Positions 10,930 to 22,482 of a stretch of 64,000 nucleotides of DNA are shown here, one piece after another (positions within the stretch are counted from its first letter, which is position 1; each line of letters opens with the position of its first letter). A model generated the notes under the pieces. The model was not told where the DNA came from, did no database searches, and saw only the letters and a list, made by a program, of their open reading frames with translations. A program made the translations under genes and the position numbers. The stretch is from Eledone cirrhosa (taxonomy: Eukaryota). The stretch is from positions 255,998,001-256,062,000 of the forward strand of contig OZ024743.1 in assembly GCA_964016885.1 (NCBI GenBank), read 5' to 3'.

Positions 10930-13900
10930 CTACAGGATGGTATACAGAGAAGGCCCATTTACACGAGCCATTCTCGCCACTATCACCCACCTTTCATAAA
11001 ACTGCCTGTGGCCAAGCACCTCTCTCTCCATTCTTATCCTTCTTCCGAAGTGATATCGGAAGAAGTAGACCAGACTATGGCCAGAGAGGAAGTTGCCTGA
11101 CCTCAGACCTTTCAATCGTGTCCACCAAACAACCTCTTTCAACATGGCTATTACGCACAGAAAAACCGCCTTTGCTTCCTTTGTGAAGAGGGGAGGCGGT
11201 TTGATTGTCATCACGGACTCGGCGGTCAATTGAATCGGCGCCACCCGCGACAGAAGTCGTTCGGCGTAGCCCCACAGATCAGCCACGCCCGGACATTGCA
11301 CCAATGCGTGCGCAACGGTTTCTTCGTGACGCACGCATCTAGGGCAAATCTTTTTTGAAGGATCCCTGCCCGGGCGCCCATGTCTGTAGAGCCTCTCTCG
11401 AACGGGTAGAGCCCCCCCGGTAGCACTGCCAGGCTAGTGACTTCTGGAAGTTGTCCATTGGTCCCGGGCCGAAAGTCCTACCGAACAGGCTGGCTAGTTC
11501 GTCCTCTTCCATGTCCAGCGACTCTCCAAGGGTGTCATCGCCCCTGCTAGCCACCAGCCCTCTATAGAATGATGAGGTGGATTCTCCACCGATGGCCTGG
11601 CCCGCTTGCCAGAGAGCCCTGAGCGCCTGAGCACACTCAGTGTGCCAGTCTCCCAGTTTTCCGGATCTTTGCTTGACCCAGGACTGCAGCTCGGTGAGCG
11701 AGACGAGTCTCGGGAAGGCTCGTTTCACGAACGGAGCCCACACCGGTTGACCAGTGAGGAATACCTGTAGGTGCCGTAGCCTTAATGCGTGCCTACACAT
11801 CATCAACCACGGCATCCCCAGCCCTCCTTTCGAACGTTGTTGGCAGCAGATGGATCTTCTCACCATAGGAGGGCGTTTCTTCCAAAGAAATTGGAAGAGC
11901 ATGCGTTCCATGTTGGTGAGTGTTTCCTTAGGGCAAGGCACGACAGTCAGGCGGTAGTAAGTGACGGACGCTATGTAAATGTTCGCCACCTCCGCCCGGC
12001 CTTTTAGGGACAGCTTACACTTGGCCCATTTCTGGGTTAGTGCAAACACCTTGTTCGTAACCTCGTCCCAGTTCTTTTCCACCTGGAGGTCCGATCCAAA
12101 CCAGACCCCAAGCAACTTTACCGGGCCCTCCGTCCAGTGTCCGACGACACCGTCGGGAGGCATCGGTCTGCCTCTCCACGTTCCGAGTTGCAGCCCGATG
12201 GATTTTTCCCGGTTCAGTTTCGCTCCTGACAACCTTTCGTAATCCTCCAGTAAGGTACTGATCGCCTCGATTTCCGAGTCGGTCGATACCATTACTGTTA
12301 CGTCATCGGCGTAGGCCGACACCGCTTTGCTCAATCCTGGTTCCAGGGGGATATCCTGCAACAACTCTAACTTCCTCAGTAAAGGCTCGAGAGTCAATAC
12401 GTACAGAAGGGAGGAGAGAAGGCACCCCTGTCGAATGGATCGTATGATTTCGAACGGCTTCGAAAGGTAGCCGTTCACCTTGATCCTAGAACAGATGTGG
12501 TTGCTATGTAAGGCAGTGATCCAGCCTCTGAAAACAGGACCGAAGCCAGCCGCCGCTAGCACCGCATCCAGGTAACCATGGTCGACCCTATCGAAGGCCT
12601 TAGATTGATCCAAGTTGATCAGGGCCCCACCGAAGCCGGGTTTGTTGCCAACAATCTCTATGATGTATCGCATGAGGTGGAGGTTATCGTGAATGGACCT
12701 GGATGTGATAGCACATGTCTGCGCATCTCCCACCAGGCTACCCACGACAAGCGCCAACCTCTTTGCTAACACCTTGCCCAAAATCTTTAACTCTGTGTTT
12801 AGCAGGGTTATGGGCCGAAAATTATTTATACTATCCCCCTTGTTCTCGTCCTTCCTCACCAGCGAGACTACGCCCTTGGCTACAGAACAAGGAATTCTCC
12901 CGTTCTGCTGCCAATTGCAGTAGACCGCTTCGAGGAGTTCGGAGAAGAAGACCGGCATTGCTAAATAAAGTTCGTCAGGTATACCATCGAGACCTGGAGA
13001 TTTGCGTCTGCTGCATTGGTTCAGCGCATCTCCGATCTCATCAGCCGATATTGGTCCCTCGCAGGACTCTGCCTCTTCGCTCGAGAGACGCGGCAGGCCG
13101 TCGAGGTATGGACCGAAATCCACGTCCTCGCCCGGACCCTCGCCTCCCCCGAATAATCGGCAAAGTGTCTTTGAAAGGCCTCGCACATCTGCTTAGGCTC
13201 CCGGATCACCCGTTCATCGTCGTCTTGCAACGACCGGATGGTGGATCGATTTCCACTCTTAGCTTCTGTCACGCGGGCCCAGCCAACGGCTTTGGCCCCC
13301 TCATTACCTAGAGCACGTATTTTACTTCGAATGACGCAGCCTTCGTGCTTTGCATCGAAAAACTGGTTCAAGGCCGTCCTCGATGCCAGCACTCTGGCCA
13401 CATCTTCGCTCTTGATTGCCTCTTCTAATTTACCTGTTAATTCTTTCTCGTTTCTATTCCTATCGGCAGCTAACATCTTGCTATAACTTATTGATTCTGT
13501 TCTAATCTCTCTTTTGAGAGATGCCCACCATCGGTTGTTGACGATTGCACCCGTCAACCTCTCCTTAACTAATCTGCTAATCCGGTTTCTGTAAGTCTCT
13601 TTTGCCGGTAAAGACAAATTAAGTTTCCAGTAACCGGGACCCTGTTTATGTGTTTTCTCGAGATTGACTACGCAGGTCACTAATTTGTGATCCGTATAGC
13701 CAACCGTGCGCATTTCTGGACAGCTTAATATGTTCCTATCCTTACTTCTAACTAAGAATCTATCTAAGTACGATCTAGATTGACCACTGTGGTTTCTCCA
13801 AGTCCAGGTAGGCACAGTTGGAAAATCTAGTCGATATCTATCGACCAAGTTAAAACGGTCGAGTAACCCCTTGAGGCTGTTACACCCCCCTCTATTAGGA

Positions 13901-14367
13901 CATGCTCCTGCATAGTCCCAACGTGCATCTAGGATGTCATTCCAATCCCCCGCTAGAAGCAGGGAACGCGACGTTCCCAGAAAAGTCTCCAAACGCTGGA
14001 AGAAGTCGGGCCGTTCAGCTCCGAAAGGGGAGTAGACGGTGACCAGTCTCAAGGCCGCACCTTCACTACTGCCAACGTCTAGCACCAACAAACGACCCTC
14101 CGGGTCCGAGTGAACATCCTGTACGGCAAGACCCAGGTGTTTTTGTAGCAGTACGACAACCCCACCCCCACCTCCAGGTTGACAGAGAGATGCATGCACC
14201 TCAAAGTCATGGAAGGTAGGGGTCAGCTGCCGCACGACGCTGATCCGAGTCTCACAGATAACCATTACATTTATACCACATGACCTGAGGTCATTTAGAA
14301 GCTTTGCTTGCTTCCAAGTTGAGCCCAGGCCACGTGCATTCAAACATCCTACTCTTAACACATCCAT
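10930..14367 (-). pseudogene. E5 ORF2 (APE-RT-zinc finger), frameshifted
   Basis: ORF pieces 13021-14367, 11339-13186, 10930-11334. Confidence 0.93.
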
Positions 14368-14400
14368 GTGGGCGGCAGAGCCAAAGGAGAGTGTAGAGAC

Positions 14401-16311
14401 CTACCTTTCTGCTTCCCGGGGTTCGGGTCGCACGACTTCCATGGGGTCGGGGCTGTTGCGTGAAGGGGTGTCTTGTGGTGGTGTGGGGTCGTCAGTGTGT
14501 GGTGGGGTTGGGGTGTTTGGAGTTGAGTTGGGGAGGGGAAGGGGAGGGGGAAATATTTTTAGTAGGACGCGGTTTATGGGTTTGACAGAGGGTGGTCCTA
14601 CGTCCTCCTTAAAATCCTTTTTTAGTTTTTGGTAGAGGTTCATTGGGATCTTTATTAATTTTAAATGTGGGTAGTTTTCTGAAGAAACAAAGTTTACACC
14701 TTCGGTTTGTACCGAAGAATTATTGTTTATGAGTTCATTTAATTTATTATTGTTTCTGTTGATGTAAGTATAGTGTAATGTCTTTTTTTCGGATGGTGTG
14801 AGTGTTTCGAAGAGGGGAGGGGCAGGTTTGGTTTTGTTTGTTGCTGGAGGGGTTTTTTGTGTTTTGTTGGATTGTGTTGACATTTGGGTGGGGGTTGTTT
14901 GGCCTTGTGTGTTTTGCACATGTTTTCTTTTTTTTCCTTTTAATCTGTCTGAAGGACTCCGTTACTTCCTCCGAATTCGTTGGGTCATCTTCAGTGTTGG
15001 AGGGAAGAGGCATGTTTGCTGGTAATGTTTCCGTGTTGGTTTTCTTTGTGGGGGAGATGGATGTCACTATGTTAGACTGTGTTGTGTGTTGTGGCAGCGG
15101 TGGTTGTGTTGTTTTATTGAGTGAGGGGTTGGGTGGGCCTGTATTTTGTTTTGGGGTAATGTGTTGTGACTGTTTGTGTTGTGGTGGTGGTGTAGTTTTA
15201 CTGAGGGACGGGTTGGGTGGGACTGAGTTTTGTTGTTTGTTTATCTGTTGTGGTGGTGGTGGTGGAGCTGGTGTTGGTAGCAGGGTTTTCTTTTTGTTGA
15301 GTTGGGGACAAGCGGCCTTCACGTGCCCTCTGCCTGCACAGATATGACAGGACGGCCTTCTCCCCTCTACGCTAATGTTTATATACCCGTAGCCCTCTAA
15401 TAGGATTCTGTCGGGTATTTGGGCGATGCGTTCAGGCTTCATTTGCACTACAAGCTCTATACCTGTTCCACTGAACGCATTGCCTGTGGTTTTCCCAATG
15501 GAAATCACGTTGTCATTCACTGGATCGATGAAGCCAGCTATGAGCCAGCAGTAGTCCACATCTGGCATCATTGCATCCAGCCATATGCGTTGAGTTCTTT
15601 TACCCATATAAGATGGATAAAAGGTAAACATTTTCGAACGAATCGGTGACAAAGCACATTTTTTTGCCACCGATTCGTTCTTCATAATAATCGCTAGGCT
15701 TCCATACAGTCTGTCTTTTCTTATGAAAGTGGTTTCATTAAGTACTTCTGTAAGTACTGTTTTGATTTCTGCTTGAGTTGGCTGTTCAGGTTTTTTTGAA
15801 GTGTTGTTGATGGTGCGGAACACGACCGTTCGACTTTCAATGTCTTTGGTGAGTTCTTGAGGCATTTTACCGATAAAATACCATTCTCTCCTTCAGTTAT
15901 GTATTGTTTGGCGTCTGTGATTCTTTGTGCCATATCTGAAATATTTTCAGGTATATATGTCAAAGATTTCTTTGTTGTTTGTGCAAATCAAATCTTGTTG
16001 GTGTTGACTTTGTCGTCTGCTTTGCTTTCTGTTATGATGTTGTTTTCAGATGTTATTTTTGTGTGTGTTGTGTCTTTGTTTGTGGTATTAATATTGTCAT
16101 GCAATTTTTCAAATTTTTTTTTTTCGTTGTTGGAATCCATGTCCAGATTTGTGTTTTCGTCATTTTTCTCCGCAGATTCGTCTGTTTTTATTTTATTTTT
16201 TCCTTCCTTCTCTATGACGTTAGTTGGGAAGGAAGAGGGGACTAAAGCGTGCGAGCTTACAACTCTTACCGCTGTCCCCCCACTACTATTTTCGTTCGCT
16301 TCGTTTAACAT
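14401..16311 (-). pseudogene. E5 ORF1 with CX2CX4HX4C zinc knuckle, frameshifted
   Basis: SCHICAGRGHVKAACP in ORF 14747-15865; other pieces 15988-16311, 15721-15963, 14401-14919. Confidence 0.88.
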
Positions 16312-16538
16312 TTCTGTCAGACGATTGAAATTTTTTTTGCCACAATATTTTTAAAAACAGGTTTTTCACCCCTAGGAGGGGTAAAGATGAGCTGACCCAC
16401 CGCCTGACAGTTCAGACGGGGGGTCAAGCTACACAATAGTATCAAAATTAAATTGCACACACCCCCGAAAAAAGTGTGCAACCCTTCTCTTCAGGAGCAC
16501 AGAGAAGGGGTGCTCCCTTGGTCTTTCATCTTCCTCAC

Positions 16539-19500
16539 CTATAGTCTGATGTAGAGTGAAGGCCCATTCACACGGGCCATTCTCGCCACTTTCACCCATC
16601 TTTCATAGAAACGGCTGGGGTGCAGCACCTCTCTCTCCATCCTGATCCTTCTTCCGAAATGATATCGGAAGAAACGGACCAGTTGTTGGCCAGAGAGAAA
16701 GGTGTCTGACCTCAGTCCTTTCAGACGCGTCCACCATACAACCTCTTTCGCCATGGCTATTACGCACAGAAACACCGCCTCTCCTTCGTTTTTGAAGAGG
16801 GGAGGCGGCTTGATCGTTACAATAGACTCGGTGGTCAACCGGATCGGTCCCACCCTTGACAGCAGTTGTTCGACATAGCCCCACAGATCGGCAATGCCCG
16901 AGCAGTGTACCAATGCGTGTGCAACGGTTTCCTCGTCGCACACGCATCTGTGACAGATCTTTTTGGCGGGGTCCCTACCCGGGCGCCCGTGTCTGTAGAG
17001 CCTTTCTCGAACGGGCAGAGCCCTTCTGTAGCATTGCCAGGCCAGGGACCTCTGGAAGTTATCCATGGGTCCCGGGCTGAAAGTCCTACCGAACAGGTTG
17101 GCCAGTTCGTCTTCCTCCATGCCTAGGGCTTCTCCGAGGGTGTCGTCGCACCTGCTAACCACCAGCCCTCTATAGAATGACGAGGTGGATTCTCCACTGA
17201 CAGCCGGGTCCGCCTGCCAGAGAGCCGTGAGCGCCTGGGCACACTCGGTGTGCCAGGCGCCCAGTTTTCTCGGTCTTTGCTTGACCCAGGATTGCAGCTC
17301 GGTGAGTGAGACGAGTCTGGGAAAGGCTCGCCTCACAAACGGGGCCCACACCGGTTGACCGGAGAGGAATACCTGAAGGTGCCGTAGCCTTAAAACGTGT
17401 TTACGTATCATTAGCCACGGCATCCCCAGCCCTCCTTTCGAAGGGTGTTGACAGCAGATGGATCTCCTCACCATAGGAGCCCGCTTCTTCCAAAGGAATT
17501 GGAAGAGTGCGCGCTCCATTTTGGCGAACGTTTCCCTTGGGCAAGGCACAACGGTCAGGCGGTAGTAGATGACGGACGCTATATAAGTGTTCGCCACCTC
17601 CGCCCGACCTTTCAGGGACAGTTTGCACTCGGCCCAATTCTGGGTCAGTACAAACACCCTGTTCGTCACCTCACCCCAATTCTTCTCCACCTGGAGGTCT
17701 GGTCCGAACCAGACCCCGAGCAACTTCACCGGGCCCTCCGTCCAGCGCCCGACGACGTCATCGGAGGGCATCGATCTTCCCCTCCACGTGCCGAGTTGCA
17801 GACCGATCGACTTGTTCCGGTTCAGCTTAGCCCCTGTAAACCTTTCGTACTCCTCCAGTAAGGTGCCGATCGCCCCGATTTCCGAGGCCGTCGACACCAT
17901 TACTGTTACGTCATCGGCGTAGGCTGACATCGCTTTCCGCAATCCCGGTTCCGACGGGATGCCCTGCAACAACTCCAACTTCCGCAGCAGTGGCTCTAGA
18001 GTCATTACATACAGAAGGGAGGAGGGAGGGCACCCCTGTCGGATGGACCGCGCGATTTCGAACGGCTCCTCGAGGTAGCCGTTCACCTTGACCCTAGAGC
18101 AGATGCGGCTGCTGTGCACGGAATTGATCCAGCCCCTGAAAACGGGTCCGAAGCCTGCCGCCGCTAGCACCGCATCCAGGTAACCATGGTCGACCCTATC
18201 GAATGCCTTAGATTGATCCAAGTTTATCAGGGCCCCACCAAAGCCGGGTTCGTTCCCAACCCTCTCTATGATGTATCGCATGAGGTGTAGGTTATCGTGG
18301 ATGGACCTGGACGGGATAGCACATCTCTGCGCATCTCCCACCAGGTTGCCCACGACAAGCGCCAACCTCTTTGCTAGCACCTTGGCCAAAATCTGTAACT
18401 CTGTATTTAGCAGAGTTATGGGCCTGAAATTATTTATATTGTCCCCCCTGTTCTCGTCCGCCTCACTAGCGTGACTACGCCCTTGGTCACAGCACAGGGA
18501 ATTCTCCCGTTCTGTTGCCATTTGCAGTAGACCGCCTCGAGGAGATCGGGGAACAAGTCCGGCATAGCTAGATATAGTTCGTATGGAAGACCATCGAGAT
18601 CCGGGGATTTGCGTTTGCCGCATTGGCTCACCACGTCCTCTATCTCAGCGGCTGAAATCGGCTCCTCGCAGGACTTCGCCTCCCTGTCCGAGAGACGCGG
18701 CAGGCCGTCGAGGTATGGACCGAAGTCCACGTCCCCAACCGGCCCTCCGCCCCTTCCGAACAATCCGGCAAAGTGCTTTTGAAAAGCCCCGCACATCTGC
18801 TTAGGTTCAAGGATCACCCGTCCATCCTGGTCTCGCAAAGACCGGATAGTGGATCTGCTCCCTCTTTTGGCTTCTGTCACGCGGGCCCAGCTAACAGCTT
18901 TGGTCCCCTCGTTTCCCAGAGCACGTATTTTGCTTCGGACGATGCAGCCTTCGTGTTTCGCGTCGAAGAACTGGCTCAGGGCCGTTCTCGACGCTAGCTC
19001 TCTAGCCACGTCACCGCTTCTAATTGCCTCTTCTATACTATCTACCAACTCCCTTTCCTTCCTATTTCTATTGGAGGCTAACTCCTTACTAAATTCTATA
19101 GAGACTACTCTAATCTCTCTTTTGAGAGATCCCCCACCACCTGCTGTTGACGATGGCGCCCGTCAACCGCTCCTTAACTAAAGTGCTAATCTGGTCCCTG
19201 TAAGCCTTACTTGCCGGTAAGGACAAGTTGAGCTTCCAGAAACCGGGTCCCTGTCTATGAGTTCTGTCAAGGTTGATCATGCAGGTTACTAACTTGTGGT
19301 CTGAATAACCAACCATGCGCATTTTTGGACAACTTAAAAAGTCCTTATCCTTAATTCTAACTAAGAACCTATCTAGGTACGACCTAGATGATCCGCTACG
19401 ATTTGCCCAAGTCCAGGTTGGCGTAGTTGGAAAATCTAGTCGATATCTATCGGCCAGGTCAAATCGACCGATTAACCCTTTGAGGCTATTACACCCCTCT

Positions 19501-19976
19501 CTATCGGGACAGGCCCCTACGTAGTCCCAGCGTGCATCTAGGATACCATTCCAGTCCCCCACTAATAGCAAGGAGCGGGACGTCCCTAGAAAAGTCTCCA
19601 GACGATGGAAGAAGTCCGGCCGCATTGACCCGAAAGGTCCGTAGGCGGCTACCAACCTAAACGCTCCGCCTTTACCTCTGCCAAGATCCAGAACCACTAG
19701 TCGACCCTCCGAGTCCAAATGTACCATCTGTGTTGCGAGACCCAGATGTTTTTGCAGCAGAACGACATCTCCACCCCCACCTCCGGGCTGACAGAGAGAT
19801 GCGTGCACCTCAAAGTCATCAAAGGTGGGGGCCAGCTGTCGCACGTTGCTGATCCGGGCCTCGCAAATAACCATCACATCTATACGTTGTGACCTGAGGT
19901 CATTTAGAAGCATTGCTTGCTTCCAAGTTGAGCCCAGGCCATGCGCATTTAAACAGCCTACTCTTAGCATAGCCAT
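16539..19976 (-). pseudogene. E6 ORF2 (APE-RT-zinc finger) with two frameshifts
   Basis: ORF pieces 19110-20000, 18434-19048, 16539-18623; ATG at 19976. Confidence 0.93.
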
Positions 19977-20000
19977 GTTGGTGGTGAAGAGAAAAGGCAC

Positions 20001-21637
20001 TTACCTCTCTGCGTCCCGGGTATCGGGCTGCACAATTTCCATTAGGGTGGGGGATGGGTTGTTGGGTGGGGTGGTGGTTTGTGGAAGTGTAGGGGCATCA
20101 GTGTGTTGTGTGGTTGGGGAGCTTGAAGGTGTGTGGGTGTTTTTTTTTGGGGGGGGGTAGTTTTTTTAGGAGGACGCGGTTAATTGGCCCGACGCAGGGG
20201 GACCCACGTCCTCTTTAAAATTGTTTTTTAAAGTTTTATAGGTGTCCTGTGGGGCCTTAATCATTTTGAGGTGGGGGAAATCCCCTGCCTGGGTGAAGTT
20301 AGGCCCTTGTGTTTTTATTAGATTGTTGTTGTACACAATGTTTAACAGTTTTTTGTTTCTTGTGTTTATGTATGTGTATGCATGTTTTTGTTTTTGTGTG
20401 GTGTTTTTTGTTTGCTGTTGTTGTGAGCTCTTTTGTGTTGGTGTCAGTGTTATGTTTTGGGGAGGGGTTGTTTTCATTTGTGTGTCTGAGGTGTGTTTTC
20501 TTTTTTTTCTTTTGATTGTGTGGAAGTGCTCCTCCTCGTCTGACGACAAACTAGGGTTATCTTCCGCGTTGGAGGGGAGTGGTATATTTTCGGGTTGTGT
20601 TTGCGGTGCGGGTGTTTTGGAAATTGTTTTTGTTTTTTGAGTGGAGGGGATGGGTTGGATATTGTTTTGTTTTGGTTTGAGCTGTGGTGGTTGTTTTTGT
20701 AGTGGTAGTTGTGGTGATTGTGTTGGTTGTGCAGTTGTTGGTGGTGTAGGCAGGATTGGGGTTTTCTTATTAAGTTGGGGACAGCCCTCAGGTGACCTCT
20801 GGTTCCGCAGAGGTAACACGAGGGCCGTCTACCCTCAACGGTAATGTTGATGAAGGTTAGATCATCCAGTATGACGCGTTCAGGGATCTGGGCGATCCTT
20901 TCGGGCCTCATTTGAACTACAAGTTCGAGGCTCGTTCCACTGAACGCGTCACCCGATGCCTTTCCCATGGACACCAGCATGTCATCCTCCAGGTCCAGGA
21001 AACCTGTCAAAACCCACCATATTTCCATAATCGGCAGGATGGTGTGGATTTTTATTTTTTGTGTTCTTCTACCCATGTACGTAGGGTAGAAGGTGTATGC
21101 GGTGGATGTGATTGGTTTGATGGACAGTTTCACTGCTGTGTCCCTGTCCTTCATGACAATGGATAGACTCCCGTAGAGTCTATCCTTCTGAATGAAGGTG
21201 ATGTCCTTCATGACGTCTTTTAAAACCAGCTCTATCTCACTCTGTGATGGTTGAGCTGGTTTTTTACTTTTGTTCGAGATTGTCCTAAACATGACCGTGT
21301 TTAGGAGTCTCTGGCTTTTTAGTTCCGGGGGGGAATGGATTGTGAATGAACCATTTTCTCCGTACACTATATATTTTTTCGCATCTGCCAGTAGCTCCTT
21401 CGCTTTGGTTATATCTACTGGCAGATAGTCGAGGGTTTTCCTTGTCGTCTCGGCGAAGGAGAAATTTTGTTTGTTTGTGTTGTTGTTGTCGTTGGTGGTG
21501 TTGTTGTTATCATTGTTGTTGTTGTCACCGTTATTGGTCTTGTTGTTGTTGTTATTGTTATTGGTGTTGTTTTCGTCCGTCGCATTGTTGTTGTTGTTGC
21601 TGTTGCTGGTGCCGCTGGTTCTTTGGGTTGTTGCCAT
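20001..21637 (-). pseudogene. E6 ORF1, Asn-rich N-terminus, CCHC knuckle, frameshifted
   Basis: ORFs 20474-21664 and 20166-20819; SCYLCGTRGH; ends DAER* at 20001. Confidence 0.85.
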
Positions 21638-21646
21638 AGATAGATA

Positions 21647-21968
21647 TATTTCTTTATTAGCCACAGGGGCACAAAAGAAGGGGACAAATACAAAGGGGGA
21701 AGTTTACATACAATAAAAACGTGTAAAATGTTATCACAGATGGAATTTAAAAGTTAGTCGATTTTCCCCAATAGAGGGAGACAGTTTATATAGGTAACAC
21801 ATACCCCCGAAAGAAAATGTGCAACCCTCATCTCCAGGAGTATGAAGAGCTTGTACTCCTTTCCTCTCCTCCTCCTTTTCCTCAACCTACAGGCTGATAT
21901 AGAGAGAAGGCCCATTCACTCGGGCCATTCTCGCCACTTTCACCCACCTTTCATAAAACTTGCTGGGG
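21647..21968 (-). mobile_element. Tx1-like element E7, ~320-bp 3' end with target-site duplication
   Basis: Same subfamily as E2; flanked by direct repeat GTTGCCATAGATAGATA (21630-21646, 21968-21984). Confidence 0.9.
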
Positions 21969-21975
21969 TTGCCAT

Positions 21976-22482
21976 AGATAGATAGATAGATAGATAAATG
22001 GATAGATGGGTATGTAAGTAAAAAGAAATAGTGAGTGATAGACAGATACACTGATAGAGTAGTTTGGTAGACAGAGAGATAAGTACACAGGCAGATAGAT
22101 CCATAGGTATTTAGATAGATACATACACTGACAGAGTAGTTTGGTAGACAGAGAGATAAGTACACAGGCAGATAGATCCATAGGTATTTAGATAGATACA
22201 TAGATAAAGAGTTAGATAGACAGACAGACAGAAAGATAGGTAGCTAGGAAAGTAGGTAGATAAATAGACAAAGAGCTAGTTAGACAGACAGAAACATAGG
22301 TAGCGAGGAAAGTAGGTAGATAAATAGACAAAGAGCTAGTTAGACAGACAGAAAGATAGGTAGCTAGGAAAGTAGGTAGATAAATAGACAAAGAGCTAGT
22401 TAGACAGACAGTAATATAGGTAGCTAGGAAAGTAGGTAGATAAATAGACAAAGAGCTAGTTGGACAAACAGTAATATAGGTA
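21976..22482. repeat. (GATA)n grading into GATA-derived minisatellites (~68-bp duplication, then 60-bp unit)
   Basis: Unit TAGATAAATAGACAAAGAGCTAGTTAGACAGACAGAAAGATAGGTAGCTAGGAAAGTAGG. Confidence 0.92.

Larger units (their letters stand above)
10716..16455 (-). mobile_element. Tx1-like element E5, nearly full length (extreme 5' end missing)
   Basis: ORF1, ORF2, 3'UTR and most of the 5'UTR. Confidence 0.95.
16456..21637 (-). mobile_element. Tx1-like element E6 (no 5'UTR, distal 3'UTR missing)
   Basis: ORF1 and ORF2 collinear with E3/E5; 5' end abuts AGATAGATA. Confidence 0.95.

Noticed and set aside
20474-21664. ORF1 apparently starting MANKEIYLS
   Set aside because: N-terminus is read through from E7's 3'UTR and the GATA spacer
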